64,000 nt of DNA from the human T2T-CHM13v2.0 reference genome, Homo sapiens: assembly GCF_009914755.1 (NCBI RefSeq), contig NC_060925.1; one strand, 5' to 3'. The notes beneath the pieces are model-generated. The model made no database searches. It was not told where the DNA came from and saw only the letters and a list, made by a program, of their open reading frames with translations. The position numbers were made by a program, and so were the translations under genes. Positions 1 to 14,994 of the stretch are shown here, piece after piece (position 1 is the first letter of the stretch; each line of letters opens with the position of its first letter).

Positions 1-888
1 CTGAAGTGACATGGAATGTCTTTGCAAAAGCCCCAAACAATGACATCATTCCCTTAATAATATTGATAATGTAGAACAAAGTTAGAGTTTGTTATTTCCC
101 AATTTGGATTTCTTAGTTAACTACTTCTAATCCTGGCAGAAGATTTACTGTCTGGAGGCCCAGCAGAGCAAGGCTTCCCAGGTGGAAAGCTGTTGTTTCA
201 TGCCTTTTATTTTCGGGCCATGTGGTAAGTTTTAGATACAGCAACTTTTCTTTGTACAAATGGATTTTCTTCTGTGGCTACATTATCCAACTTTTATAAA
301 ATCCATTGACTTTCAACAGTAGGGGAGCCCATGACACCCTTTGCAGATTTTCTGGCCTTGGAAAGTTATACAAAATCTGAGGTGGAGATCGCTCCTGAAG
401 TTTGTTTGTTAGCGTTAGCGCTTTTCAAGTAGAAGGATTTCAGGATTTTCTGATTATGAGAATTTTAATGTTTTTTTCCAGTCTTGGTTGATAATTATAA
501 GAGAAACATCAAAGAATTCCTGCCCTTTGGAAAAGTTATGTTGTAAAAATGGAAGCTTTCCTTTGTATAAACTTGAGATCCTTCCCACCCCAATATTTAA
601 AAATATTTGTTGGCCTAGAACAGACTAAACTGTCTCCAGAAGCTATGTTCTCCAAGTTAACAGAGGTTAGAACTCTTAAACTTTTGTGCCCTAAAACCTA
701 AAGGAAGAGTAATGAAATCACTGTGTGTTTGCCGGGGATTCTAATCACCGTGCTCTTGAAATGCAAGTAGGGCAAGGGCTGGAGAGGGCGAAGATAATAC
801 CAGAAAGGAAGGATATACTATTTTGTCTACAGTTTTGTTTTTTAAAAAAATAGAAAGTAGAAAGGATAAGGGCTAGCAAATGAGGTTA

Positions 889-1234
<346 letters not shown>

Positions 1235-1525
1235 TTAGGATTGTCCATCTTGAGAAAATACGCTTCAAGCACCGCAGAGATTCCAGAACTCAATAGTTAA
1301 ATAAATTGAGTCTACAATCATTGTTCAGAGGAAGAAAAAAATTTTTTTCTAAGGAGAATGAAAGCATGAGTTAGTGATTTATATCTACGTTTTATAAGGC
1401 AAATCAGAAATCAGCTTTAGAAGATTGTCATTAGAAGGGCTCATTTGCCTACAAGTTACAAAGGATCAATTCAATTACATTACACGCCCAAAGGCATTTC
1501 TCAGAGGCCTCCAGAATCCCATGCA

Positions 1526-1956
1526 AAGGGAAGCAGCCTCAGGAGTGGGGGAAGCGAAGGGAAGCAGCCTCAGGAGTGGGGGAAGCGAAGGGAAGCAGCG
1601 TCAGGAGTCGGGGAAGCGAAGGGAATCAGCCTCAGGAGTGGGGGGAGCGAAGGGAATCAGCCTCGGGAGTGGGGGAAGCGAAGGGAATCAGCCTCGGGAG
1701 TGGGGGGAGCGAAGGGAATCAGCCTCGGGAGTGGGGGGAGCGAAGGGAAGCAGCCTCGGGAGTCGGGGGAGCGAAGGGAAGCAGCCTCGGGAGTGGGGGA
1801 AGCGAAGGGAAGCAGCCTCGGGAGTCGGGGGAGCGAAGGGAAGCAGCCTCGGGAGTGGGGGGAGCGAAGGGAAGCAGCCTCGGGAGTGGGGGGAGCGAAG
1901 GGAAGCAGCCTCGGGAGTGGGGGGAGCGAAGGGAAGCAGCCTCGGGAGTGGGGGAA
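1526..1956 (+). repeat. 31-bp G-rich minisatellite (VNTR), ~13.9 copies
   Basis: Unit AAGGGAA(G/T)CAGCCTC(A/G)GGAGT(G/C)GGGG(A/G)AGCG; unit starts at 1526+31n up to 1929. Confidence 0.97.
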
Positions 1957-2014
1957 TGGGTCAGATGCAAGCACAGAATCTCCCCCATGGCGGCGTCTAG
2001 TGCCTCTGTTAAGA

Positions 2015-2150
2015 TCGCGCTCTGAGAAACAACGCTGGCATTCAAATCCAGGTATAGCCCCTTTTATTTTCTTTTTCAGTTTTCTGACTTTGGGGAAGTT
2101 ATTGAAACTTCTGTATCTCCATTTTCTTGTTTCTAAAATGAGGGCAATGG
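2015..2150 (+). mobile_element. MIR fragment
   Basis: ttcaaatccagg...tgactttggggaagttattgaaacttctgtatctccattttcttgtttctaaaatgagg resembles the MIR core. Confidence 0.6.
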
Positions 2151-2705
2151 AACGGTGCGTGGCTAGAGTTAGCATATTATAATTACTTGATATCATTGTT
2201 ACCTGATGTTTATTGTAGTGACCTGCCACTCATGGCTCTAGTTTGAATTTTCTTCATGGGTGTTAATGCAAATTCTCAAAAGGGTGAATGTGGTTGGTTC
2301 CTAGATAGGTAATATAAGCTCATGAAGGATACCAGCTCCCCCAGCCCGGTCTATAGTTGAGACAAGTTTTCTAAAATCAATGTAAGGAAGGAAAATGGAA
2401 CATTAACTTTTTGGGGAGATGGGAAGGGCTAGTGAAACAATCAAGCTTACAGATATAACCATCCTGAAAAGAGAAAATTTGGAGTATATTGAGTGAACTT
2501 GTTTAAATTGAAGTTTTTTCATTGTGAGAGCGTTACCTCGAGAAACGTTCGTCGTCTCATTTTTTGTTGTCTACTCCGGCATGCATCACATGTGGGTAAA
2601 CTTTAAAAGTAGCATGAAGAAATGTTTTGGCTGATTTCCCTACCATTTGTCTTGAAAGATGATGTAGGTATGGGTTTGGAATTGTAGAAATTACAGCTAC
2701 AATAC

Positions 2706-3003
<298 letters not shown>

Positions 3004-4700
3004 ACAGCTACACTTTTCTTGCAAAGTTGTAATCGGGGTTGGAGAAGGGAAATGACTGATTCCAGCACCGTTGAAGTCCTGCATCTGCAGAGAGTGTCAA
3101 GGAGGGAGATAGCAAGATCTATAGGAGATTAATTAATTCTTCCTTCATTTGTTGTGAGAATTCAATGTGATCACATGATATTTTACTTAATACCATAACT
3201 AACCATGCAGTAAGCATATAATAAATGCAGATTTGTTCCCCTAAAGAGTGTGCATTCTTCTACCTTTCAAACAGCAATTTATTTCAAAGGTCCAAGGTTT
3301 TCCACAGTTCCTCTCCTGCCTGCTCCTCCTCCAAATGTTAGCCCATTTGGGTGAGACCAAGGTCACACTCCCATTCCTGGTCACAAAGTCTCTTAAGGAG
3401 AAATGTTAGCATATTTGCAATGAAAATATGTTTTAATCCCTCTAGTAATACTGTGGCATGGAAAGTTGCATCTATACTGATTTTTGACAGAGAAAGGGTA
3501 TTACTGGCACATGAAACCCTAGATGAGCATGAATAAATGTAGATTTCGCATCCTACTTCCAGAAAATTGCCAAACTCTATTGTATATTATTTAACCCACT
3601 AAAACAGCTCCCAAAGTTGACTAGGGGTTATTTTTAAATGGTATGAAAATATATTCTTACAAAATAATTTACAAAATCTTTTTTGTTGTTTTTGTTTGTA
3701 GTCTTGACATTGTTAGCAATGAATCATGAGTTTTTCGGGGAAAAATTGATGAATTGATCAAAATTATCTGATTTGAGGATATTGCACGTAAGTTAAAGAG
3801 AATAGGGATATTTGACATAGTTTTCAAAATTGGTCTAAGAAATATTTGAGCAACTAGGCCAAACATTCTTGATTTATTCTAAGTCTTAAGTAGATTCTTA
3901 AGTCTAAGACTCTACCAGAAAGAAAAGGTAGAATGAAAAAGGCAATAAGAACAACAGAGATTAGAAAATAATTTCAATAAACGGGAAAAAAAGAGGAAAT
4001 TAGAAAGAGGACATAATAAAGACATTGTGATAGCTACTTGTTCACCTTGTTTTATTCTAGGTTTTTGCAGCTGAATATCCAAAGTATCATATCCCATGTT
4101 TTTTTTCTGAACTGCAAGTTAGACTTTACCATTTTAAAGTTGATTTTTATTTCAAGCATTCAATGATGGTTGAAAGTATAGTTTAATATTGGTAATATAG
4201 GTACTTTGTAGTCATTTATTTAGAGAAATTAAAGTATGGATGCATTAAAATAACCATAAAATTATTTTTTTAATATTCAATCTATGAATCGAGGTGCTGA
4301 TTGATTCATAGTTTATGAATCAATAAACTATGATTAGTTTACACGAAAAAAACTTAGATTCTTGAGTTTCTCCTGAAGCCTCTCAGATTCTCCAGTGGTG
4401 TCTTAGGCAAAACAAAACAAAACAAAACACCAGTGCCTTATAGGTTGACAAGCGTATTTTCAAAATCTATATTCAGGGCTTTCTAATTTCTGTTGTTGTG
4501 AGTGTTTTCAAAACTCGTGCAGCTTAGCCTTCCTTTTCCCCTTTCACATCCCATATGCTCCTGGTTAGACATGCATAAATTAACATAACATCCCAAATCT
4601 CTCAACTGTATTTGAAATATTTGTTTTGTCCGGTGCCCTATTTAAGTGGCTAAGCCGTGGTCTCAGATATGAGATTGTAGAGTTTCAACTTCCTTTTCTC

Positions 4701-5006
4701 TTATTTTTTTACTTTTTATTTTTTTGAGACATAGTATCACTTTGCTGCCCAGGCTGGAGTGTGGTGGTGGGATTTCAGCTCCCTGCAACCCTCGCCTCTT
4801 GGGTTCAAGCGATTCTCCTGCCTCAGCCACCAAGTAGCTGGGACCGCAGGCGTACACCACCACGCCCAGTTAATTTTTTTGTGTTTTTAGTAGAGATGGG
4901 GTTTCACCGTGTTGGCCAAGCTGGTCTCAAACTCCTGACTTCAAAGGATCCTCCCACCTCAGCCTCCCAAAGTGCAGGGATTACAGGTGTGAGCCACTGT
5001 GCCTGG
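4701..5006 (-). mobile_element. Alu (AluS)
   Basis: Reverse Alu; TSD tcaacttc(c/a)tttt. Confidence 0.93.
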
Positions 5007-6855
5007 TATCAACTTCATTTTAAAAGCTACCTCTATACTTAGGGTGTACGTTTGCATAAGACATTTTGCATTTCTGTATTGTTAAAAGTGCTATTTGTAA
5101 ATAATACTGTAGAAAATGTGAAATTATTTTTTAATAGATTACAAGATATGAATTCCCAATGTAAGTAAGTGGGGTCAAATGTCTTTTCTGTCCTTTCCAG
5201 TAACATATACAGGCACAATTATTCAGCATTGTAATATTTGTGTAGACTCCATAAATTATCCTGTATTGTAGTATTGTAGTATTTTAATAGACTAAATAAT
5301 GCCCAAACAATAAGGAAAATAGCAAGATGTTAAATAGTGATAAATCTTTATTGTCTTTATTGGTTTACTAAATCTATAGTCAGCAAATATTACATGGAAT
5401 CAGACAATGGCATTTTAAAAATAACCTATTATGTATTTCAGGGTCAAAATGTACTAGCAGTGTGAGGACATGTATATCTAAGTAATTTTTATATTAAAAT
5501 GTTTTAAAAATCAGTAGCCATAAATAATTACACACTTTAGTACTCTTTTGACCAAAAAAGCTAGTTTTTAAAGAAAATGTCAAAATTCAACACTTGGTAG
5601 CTTACTTAAGGTATAATAAGCTGAACATTTGATGCAAAATAAATTTAGTGAAGTTAATTAAAAGATGTACAGCAAAGTTAGTAAAAGATGAAATATACTG
5701 TCTCCCAGATAACAGTACATAAATCTGAAAAAAAAAAAATAGAAGGTTTATAGCTAGTGGATATTTAAAAAACATCTTAAATGTAGAAAAATACAAGTGT
5801 TTCTTCTTTTGTAATTTTTAATTCCATCCAAAAATATATATTCAAGTCCCAGATCAGAAGCAAACACTATTGGTAAGCTTTTCTGTTTGAAATTCCTCTC
5901 TGAGTGGATCTAACGATCTGAAAAATTGAAAATCAGTGACAGCTGCAAAATTGAGACAATTTGCAATAATTGAAGCAAACTTTTAAAATCCATAGGGGCA
6001 AACTCAGCCTTAGGATTATAAGGTTCTGCTAGAAGTAAGATCTGGATTTCTGGATTTCCAGAATCTAGACGAAGATCTAGATTTCTAGATTTTTTTCCTC
6101 AGATCATCAACCAAATAAATTCCAAAAGGATTAAGGAAGTAAATGTTAAAATTTCAACTTTAACTAGAAGAAAATATTGAGAAATTTTTTGGGATTTAGA
6201 AATTGGGATTTTTGTCAGCATCATAGCCACAGAATATTAACATTTGTTTCTATTTCTGCTACTTATTTCTAAGTGATAAATTGTCTGCTTTTCTGAGCTT
6301 ATTGTTATCGTCGTGTTTTTACACATGTATATTGCTTCTTCAGTTCATTTCCCTTTTTATTCATTTTTATTTCTCTCAAAGTTGTAAGTGTAGACATAGT
6401 TGCAAAAGTCAATTAGTACCACAAGGCTGATAACAAAAAGCAGCAGCCTCCTGCCCTAGCCAACCCTACCCTCTCTTATATTTTTCTCAGCTGTTTTCTC
6501 TGATACTTTCTACCATGGTTTTCAGTAACATACTTGTGCTGATGTATCATTATTTATCAATTAAGGCATTTTCTGTTAATTTATGATAATGGTTGATGTA
6601 ATTTTTATCTTACTCTTTCTTAGTCCCCATCCTACTTCTTCTTGTATTACAATTTTTAGTCAGGAAGGTTGTCTAGAAGATATACAATATAAATTTTCAG
6701 ACACGCAAGTTCTCAAAACACTTCCCTCACACTTATTTGATAGTTTGTCTAGACATAGACTCCTACTTGAAAATTATTTTCCTTTAAATAATTGAAGGAA
6801 TTACTTCATTGTCTTTTAGTCTTCAGGGTTGCTTTTAAGAAGTCTAACTACATTC

Positions 6856-7156
<301 letters not shown>

Positions 7157-8404
7157 CTACATTCTTATTGACATTTCCTTGTGTTTGATCTGTTGTTTTT
7201 TTTTTTTCTCTGAGAAGCATTTCATGTTCTCTCTGTTGGCGTGAAAACATAGAACTTAGGGATTGCTTGGTGTGTGCCTTTTTGTTTACTCTGCTGGAAA
7301 GTTTTTTCTGGTTGGAGTTCCATGTCCTTCTGTTTTAGGGTTGGTCACAAATGATCCTTAGGTTTCTGATGTGGATGATTAACATAGCATTTCTAAAATT
7401 GAAATGAGGATAAAATGAGAAGTTTGAGATGGGTAATAAGCCAGCCGTGTAGAAATGCTGAGTATTTGGTTCAGTGTTCAAGTCCGAAGCTCAGGAGTGA
7501 TGTGGCAGGCGGCTGAACTTTGTACATCCTCAATATAAACAGATAGGAGCAGAAAGAGAGAGTCCACGTGATCACCTTAGGAGATGGTGTCCACAGATGA
7601 TCAGCGGCCTAAGACCGAAGCCATGAGAAATACCATATTTGAGTTGCTGCTAGTGGAAAAGGATCACATAATTGAAGAGGGATGCCAATTCAAAGTGAAA
7701 AGGGGAGAAATAGGAGAGTGTTACATTACAGAGGTCTAGGTAAACAAGGGTAGCAGAAAAGCTCAAGAATAATTACAATGTATGCCTAAAGACAAAATAT
7801 TAATTTGTGATATTAATGGGAGATCATATGCACCCTTAACAAAAATTGTTTTATTTGAATTTTGACGCACTTTGAGTAATTGGGTCAGGAGCTGTATTGC
7901 AACGGACTGAAGAAAATAAGGAAATGGAAACTGAGGATAAGCTACTTTTATTAGATATTTGGAGAGGGAAGGAAGAAGAGAGATTGGATGGAATGTAGAG
8001 GGAGACGGGTGGTCCATTTTTTAAAACCACTTTTGGTTGCTACACATGAAGATCCAGATATACTGAAGGCCATAACTGGAGAGAAAATCTGCCTTGTAGG
8101 GTAGACAATTATTGTAGTCACAAAACACAAGAAAATGATGATGTAGCTAACTAGCAGCAGTGAGGCAGTGAAGCAGTTGAGTAAAGTGTAAGTGATGCCA
8201 GAAACTTTAAAAAAAAAAGTGTGACAGAATTATAGGAATACAGTGGTTGGGAACAGCACTGGAAGACCAGACATAGGGAGGCTCCCTTTCTTGATTCCTG
8301 AATTTGGGAGGGTAGGAGATGGGAAATGCAATGCTTCCGGAGAAGATCATTATGGATGATATGAGTGTGTCTGGTGAAAGCCATGCTTTGATTAAGAAAC
8401 AGTA

Positions 8405-8716
<312 letters not shown>

Positions 8717-9884
8717 CAGCAAATAAACATAATAGAGAAGGAAAGTAGGGGTATAAATGTCCTTGACCCCAACCAAATAATCAGGATCCAGAGGGCTTCA
8801 GAATGAAGTTGGTAGAGCTAGTCAGTGGGTGGTTTTTATGGAACCCGATCCATGGGGGTGTCATTGCAAGGAGAAGAAGGGGAGTTGGGCTTGGGAAGGA
8901 GTTATATACTTATCGGTGAGGAAGGGTGGGTTAAAGGCTCATAGGAGTGACATGAGAACTGAAGAGCATCCTGGGCAGAATTATTTTAGTGGCTAGTGCC
9001 AGTAGGTGGACCAACTCATCATGAAATGTTGTAGCTCAGCTTCTGCATCTTGACCTCTGAGATATGTTGGCCTTAATTGGCTTAGGAAAGGCTAATAGAG
9101 ATCCTGACTTACATTTACACTGAGAGAAGGGCTTGTTTCCTTTGGGTGAGAGAGAATATGAGTACACACAGTTAAAGAAATAGAGGGGCATTGTCAGGCT
9201 GGACCAGAGAACATAGAAACTCAGTCAAAGTGCCCCAGTAGCTTACAATGGTGTCTTCTTGGTGACATTGTCTTTTCATGTTTGGACATCATAGGAGATG
9301 GGCCCTGTAGATTCGGACTAGAAGCCAAAGAATTTTTCTTTATGTTATAAACTGCATTCGTGCCTTCAAAAATGTTAGGATGCCAAAGAATCTAATTAGC
9401 TTGCAAATACTTCTATGGTAGTGCTTGTTCTCTGCCTTAACAACTGCCGTGAGGCTCCTTGCTCACTCTTATAAGAAAGATATTCCACTCAGTGTGGCAA
9501 TGCTATGCGGTTTTCAACATGCCAGGAATATCTTACAAATATCGTTGGGCTAGTGAAACAGAGATTTATCCAAGCACTGAAGGAACATTTTTAAAATGCC
9601 AAATAGTATGTGATGATTATTATTTTCTTTTTTTAGCTTCACAATCTCTGAATTTACCCCAGGGTGAAATTTAGGTTTGTGTGGACTTGGTTGTGGTGAG
9701 TGCCTCCTACGTGAGAAAGGGAGTTCTGTCATAGTTCTGATTGTCAATGTCACCGAAGCTAAGGTTGGATCGTCTGTGCCTTTTGTATCTATATCTAAGA
9801 TGAGGAGGGGCTGCAGGGCTTTGGAGGCCTTAGCCAGCTGGCTCTCCCCATGTTCTGGTGATGAATGGGTAGGGTCATTCTTAG

Positions 9885-10000
9885 TACCCATTTTGCAGGT
9901 GAGGAAATGAAGAGAGAGAACTTCACGTCTGTTAAATGACTTCACCAGTATTGTGGAGTGCGGTAGCACAGAGCCGAGAATGGAATTCAGGCCTTCGTGA
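9885..10000 (-). mobile_element. MIR fragment
   Basis: cccattttgcaggtgaggaaa...gttaaatgacttcacc is the reverse MIR core. Confidence 0.65.
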
Positions 10001-10677
10001 AAGCTGAATGCTTTGTGAGTAATAGTCTGCTCTGCAATCCTGGAATTCAATTACGAAATTTTAAAGCCAAAATAATTAATAAAATATTGGCATTTGTAGG
10101 GATGTTTTGCTGCTATTCAGTTCTGCCAAATAATAATTTGTCCCTTTTTTCTTATCGTGTTTCTGCCCTGCCTACCATCTAATAACCTTCTAAGGATAAA
10201 ACTAGCAACAGATGTTAAAATACTTTGTAAACTGTATGGCAACATGTAAATAGGAGATATTCACACTGGTATTATTTACAAGTATATGTGTTTTGTTGCC
10301 TTTAATTATATCAGTGAAAATGTAAACAGATGAAAACAACACAAATGGTACTTGTAAGCTTATAAAAATCTACTATTTTGACCCTGTGGTGGCAGAGTTT
10401 TATATCTAGAAGTGGAACCCAACTGTAATAGTAAAGTTTGTTTTTTAAGACAAGTGGGAAATAGGTCATATATCAGAAGAACTTGCTTGTCTAGGATAAC
10501 TTTATACATCTTTCTGAAAATTGCATTTGAGAATAAATGTCTGACATTAGAAATGCCATCATCTCCCCAAGAAACACCCTTAGCATTGATGCAGCTTAGC
10601 AGAACTTACATAGCATTGACCACAAAGCATCCTATTCTGAAAAGAAATGGCTGGAAAACTTTTTTAAAAATATGTTG

Positions 10678-11110
10678 AATAGCAAAGTCTTGGAACCAAC
10701 CCAAATGCCCATCAATGATAGACTGGATAAAGAAAATGTGGCACATTTACACCACGGAATACTATGCAGCCATAAAAAGGATGATTTCATGTCCTTTGCA
10801 GGGACATGGATGAAGCTGGAAACCATCATTCTCAGCAAAATAACACAAGAACAGAAAACCAAACACCACATGTCCTCACTCATAAGTGGGAGTTGAACAG
10901 TGAGAACTCATGGACACAGGGAGGGGAACATCACACACCAGGACCTGTCAGAGGGTGGGGGCCTGGGGGAGGGATAGCATTAGGAGAAATACCTAATGTA
11001 GATGACCGGTTGATGGGTACAGCAAACCACCATGGCACATGTATACCTATGTAACCTGCATGTTCTGCACATGTACCCCAGAACTTTAAGTATAATAAAA
11101 AAAAAAAAAA
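10678..11110 (+). mobile_element. 5'-truncated primate L1PA 3' end (ORF2 C-terminus, 3' UTR, polyA)
   Basis: Encodes WMKLETIILSKITQEQKTKHHMSSLISGS (L1 ORF2 end), followed by G-rich 3' UTR, aataaa and A tail. Confidence 0.93.
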
Positions 11111-11773
11111 TTGAAGTCTCCACCTGATGTTGGTAATCTATCACATGTGTATAATGATTCTTGTAATATCTAGATTATGCAGCACCTGCACTCGGTGTAA
11201 AAACAATACTGTTAGCATCTTAGAGACTCAGCTTCTGAGGAAAGCATTAGTCATAATACACCTAGAAGGTAGTAATGATAAGCATTTAATTAGAAGTAGG
11301 CCTGAAGTTTGCAGTGCAATGCAGTAAGTATTTACCGAGTGATTCATATGAGTAAGGATGTGATAGCTGCTATAAGAGCTGCAAAGTTTATTAAGATACA
11401 TCCCTGTCCTGGAAACACTGCCAGCTTCGATGAGAATACAACAATGTTAGATATATTCGTTTTGGAAGATACCTTTCCCCCAGTTATTTTCATTTCACAG
11501 CTTCTCCAGCCTCCTTCAGCTTCTATTCTCCCTCTTTGCTTTTCTGTCTCAATTTTCCTGCCCAGCCCTAAATTCACAGAGTAAATCCACCAGACCAGAG
11601 CCCCTTCCTCTTTCTGTATGTGAAACTACTCCTGCACACATCAGTCTCCTTTTCTACCACCAGCCTGGGGGAAGTAACTCCTCCCATCAGTATCTCATCT
11701 GGATACTTCTCTCTCCTGATTTCAACTTCTCCCTTCTAGCCATTAATACATTTACTTTATTATCATAAAATAA

Positions 11774-12154
<381 letters not shown>

Positions 12155-12802
12155 TAGCCAATCTTCTCCTCCTCATTCCATCTGTACTTATGTCCCTTGT
12201 TGATATTTATGTTATTTAATCTTGCCTCATTTTCTGATTTTGTAGCCAGTCTTTTAGGATGTTTCTCTATTTTATTGGTCTTTGAAAGAACCAGAAATTT
12301 TGATTTGTTGATTATCTCTCTCTTCTTTTTTTTTTTAAGTTGTTTTTTTAATTGGCTTTCTATTTCACAAATTTCTGCTCTTTAATATTCTCTTATTTCT
12401 GCATCCTGTCTCTCCTGGCTTTGTCCGTTGTATGAATAGTTCATTTATTTTTAATTTTTCTTTTTTTAAAATCATATACTCAGAGCTCTAGCTTTGCCAT
12501 TAAGTTCACTTTAACAATATCCCACTAGTTTTTAAATGTAGAATAGATTTTATTGTTGTTCAGTTATAACTTTGTTATTTTCTCTTTAGCTGATGAGTTA
12601 CTTATGTGTATATTCGTTGTGTCTGTTTCAAATGCATGGGTTTTGTGTGTTTGCTTTGCTGGTAATTATTTTCCTATTGATTTACAGTAAATTGTATTAC
12701 ACTTAGTTTGGGATCTAGTATGGAACCTGTCTTAGTAAATATTTGTATGTCCTTGAGAAGAATCAGTTTGCCCTGTGTGTGATTCTATGATATATATTCT
12801 CA

Positions 12803-12878
12803 TCCGCATATTTTCTCACCCTTTAACATCTCTGAGACTGGGGTACGTCTTACAGTGGATGGCATCTTATAATCGATG
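12803..12878. mobile_element. TcMar-Tc2-type DNA transposon relic (MER104-like)
   Basis: tttaacatctctgagactggggtacgtcttacagtggatggcatcttataatcgatg resembles the remembered consensus. Confidence 0.45.
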
Positions 12879-13655
12879 TGGGCTCGATTTAAAGTCAGCT
12901 TCTTCCAGAGAGGATTTGGATTTGTGTGTGCCATTCAACTGAGGACACTATCAATGTGAAGCTACTTTAATTAAATTCCCTGCTTTAGCTTGAGAGGGTT
13001 TTGTTTTGTTTTGTTTTTATAGGGCCTGGTACTGTGAATTCAGATGGAAAACCTGCATGATTTCTGTCTGGCTTATGAGTCATATTTGCAAGGGAACTTT
13101 TTTTGGTGTCATCTGTTTGCCCAGTGCCAGAGTTGAAACAAGTTTCCTTACTGTCCCTTTCAGCATGGGAATTTCTTTCTCATTTTCTTTTACGTGAGTC
13201 CTTTGGTATCTCAGTTTATGGTTTGCATATGGGAGCAACTCCTCTATTAAGACTCTTCATATTGGACTATTTGTCTTTCTTAGTGGTACATAAAATATTA
13301 TTTTTAAAATCCATGACCTGCTAAATAAGTGAAATACAGCATATTTTAAAATAAAATTTATTTATCGTAAATTTCACATCTACATCATTACTAATTTGTA
13401 GAATCTTCTGCTATAATTGTGAATGTTTGTTTCATCTTTCAATTCCATGACGTTTTCAGACAATATACTCTATATGGTTCTTATCATCCTGATGGAATGT
13501 TCTTTTTTAATCATTATACAATGTCCTTTTTTATTGTCATTAATACACTTCACCTTATAATCCTCTATTGATTAATGCTTCATCACGCTTTCTTTTCACA
13601 TTTTCCTGGCATATATTGTCCATCTATTTATTTTTACTTTTCTGGGCTATAGTGA

Positions 13656-14060
<405 letters not shown>

Positions 14061-14389
14061 TATTGTTGATGTATTTTTATTTATTGCTATTAACTTAGTA
14101 GTGTGTTTTTAAGTTTCCAAACTTAAGGGATTTTCGAAGTTCCATTTCTTTCTTAATTACATAAAGGTTACATAAAAGAAGACTGTCTGCATAAGAATAA
14201 TTCTTTGCATTTTTTGAGATTTGCTGTATGGTCCAAAAGATGGCCAACGTGTATAAGTATACACAGTGTTCCAGTGTTGGATGTAGTGTTCTATTTTATT
14301 ATTTTAAACTGACTCTTAAATATTCAGTATCTTTCCTGATTTTGTCAGCTTCTCTCTGTCAGTTACCAAGAGTGTATAGTAAAGACTTA

Positions 14390-14727
<338 letters not shown>

Positions 14728-14994
14728 TTACTCCTTACACTTCTGACATTTTTACCCTGTGTATTTTCAAATGCTTTCGTTTTATGCCTACATATCTAGA
14801 GTTTTTCATCTTCCTGGTTAACCTAATCTTGTTTTCAGTGCTATCTCTTTTCTGGTAATGCTTTTTGCCTAAATTTGTACTTTGCCTTATGTTAATATTG
14901 GTACATATCAGCTCTTTTTGGTTCGCATTTGTCATAGCACCTCCACAATTTTACTTTCAACCTTTCTGTGTCCTTATGGGCAAAAAAAAAAGTG

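Noticed and set aside
1526-1956. CRISPR-like array or PRDM9 13-mer in the VNTR
   Set aside because: There are no unique spacers and the context is eukaryotic; I found no exact CCNCCNTNNCCNC match in the unit.
1425-2229. Five overlapping long ORFs (108-245 aa)
   Set aside because: They arise from a nearly stop-free 31-bp repeat; the same 31-aa motif appears in shifted frames and there is no splice or protein-family support.
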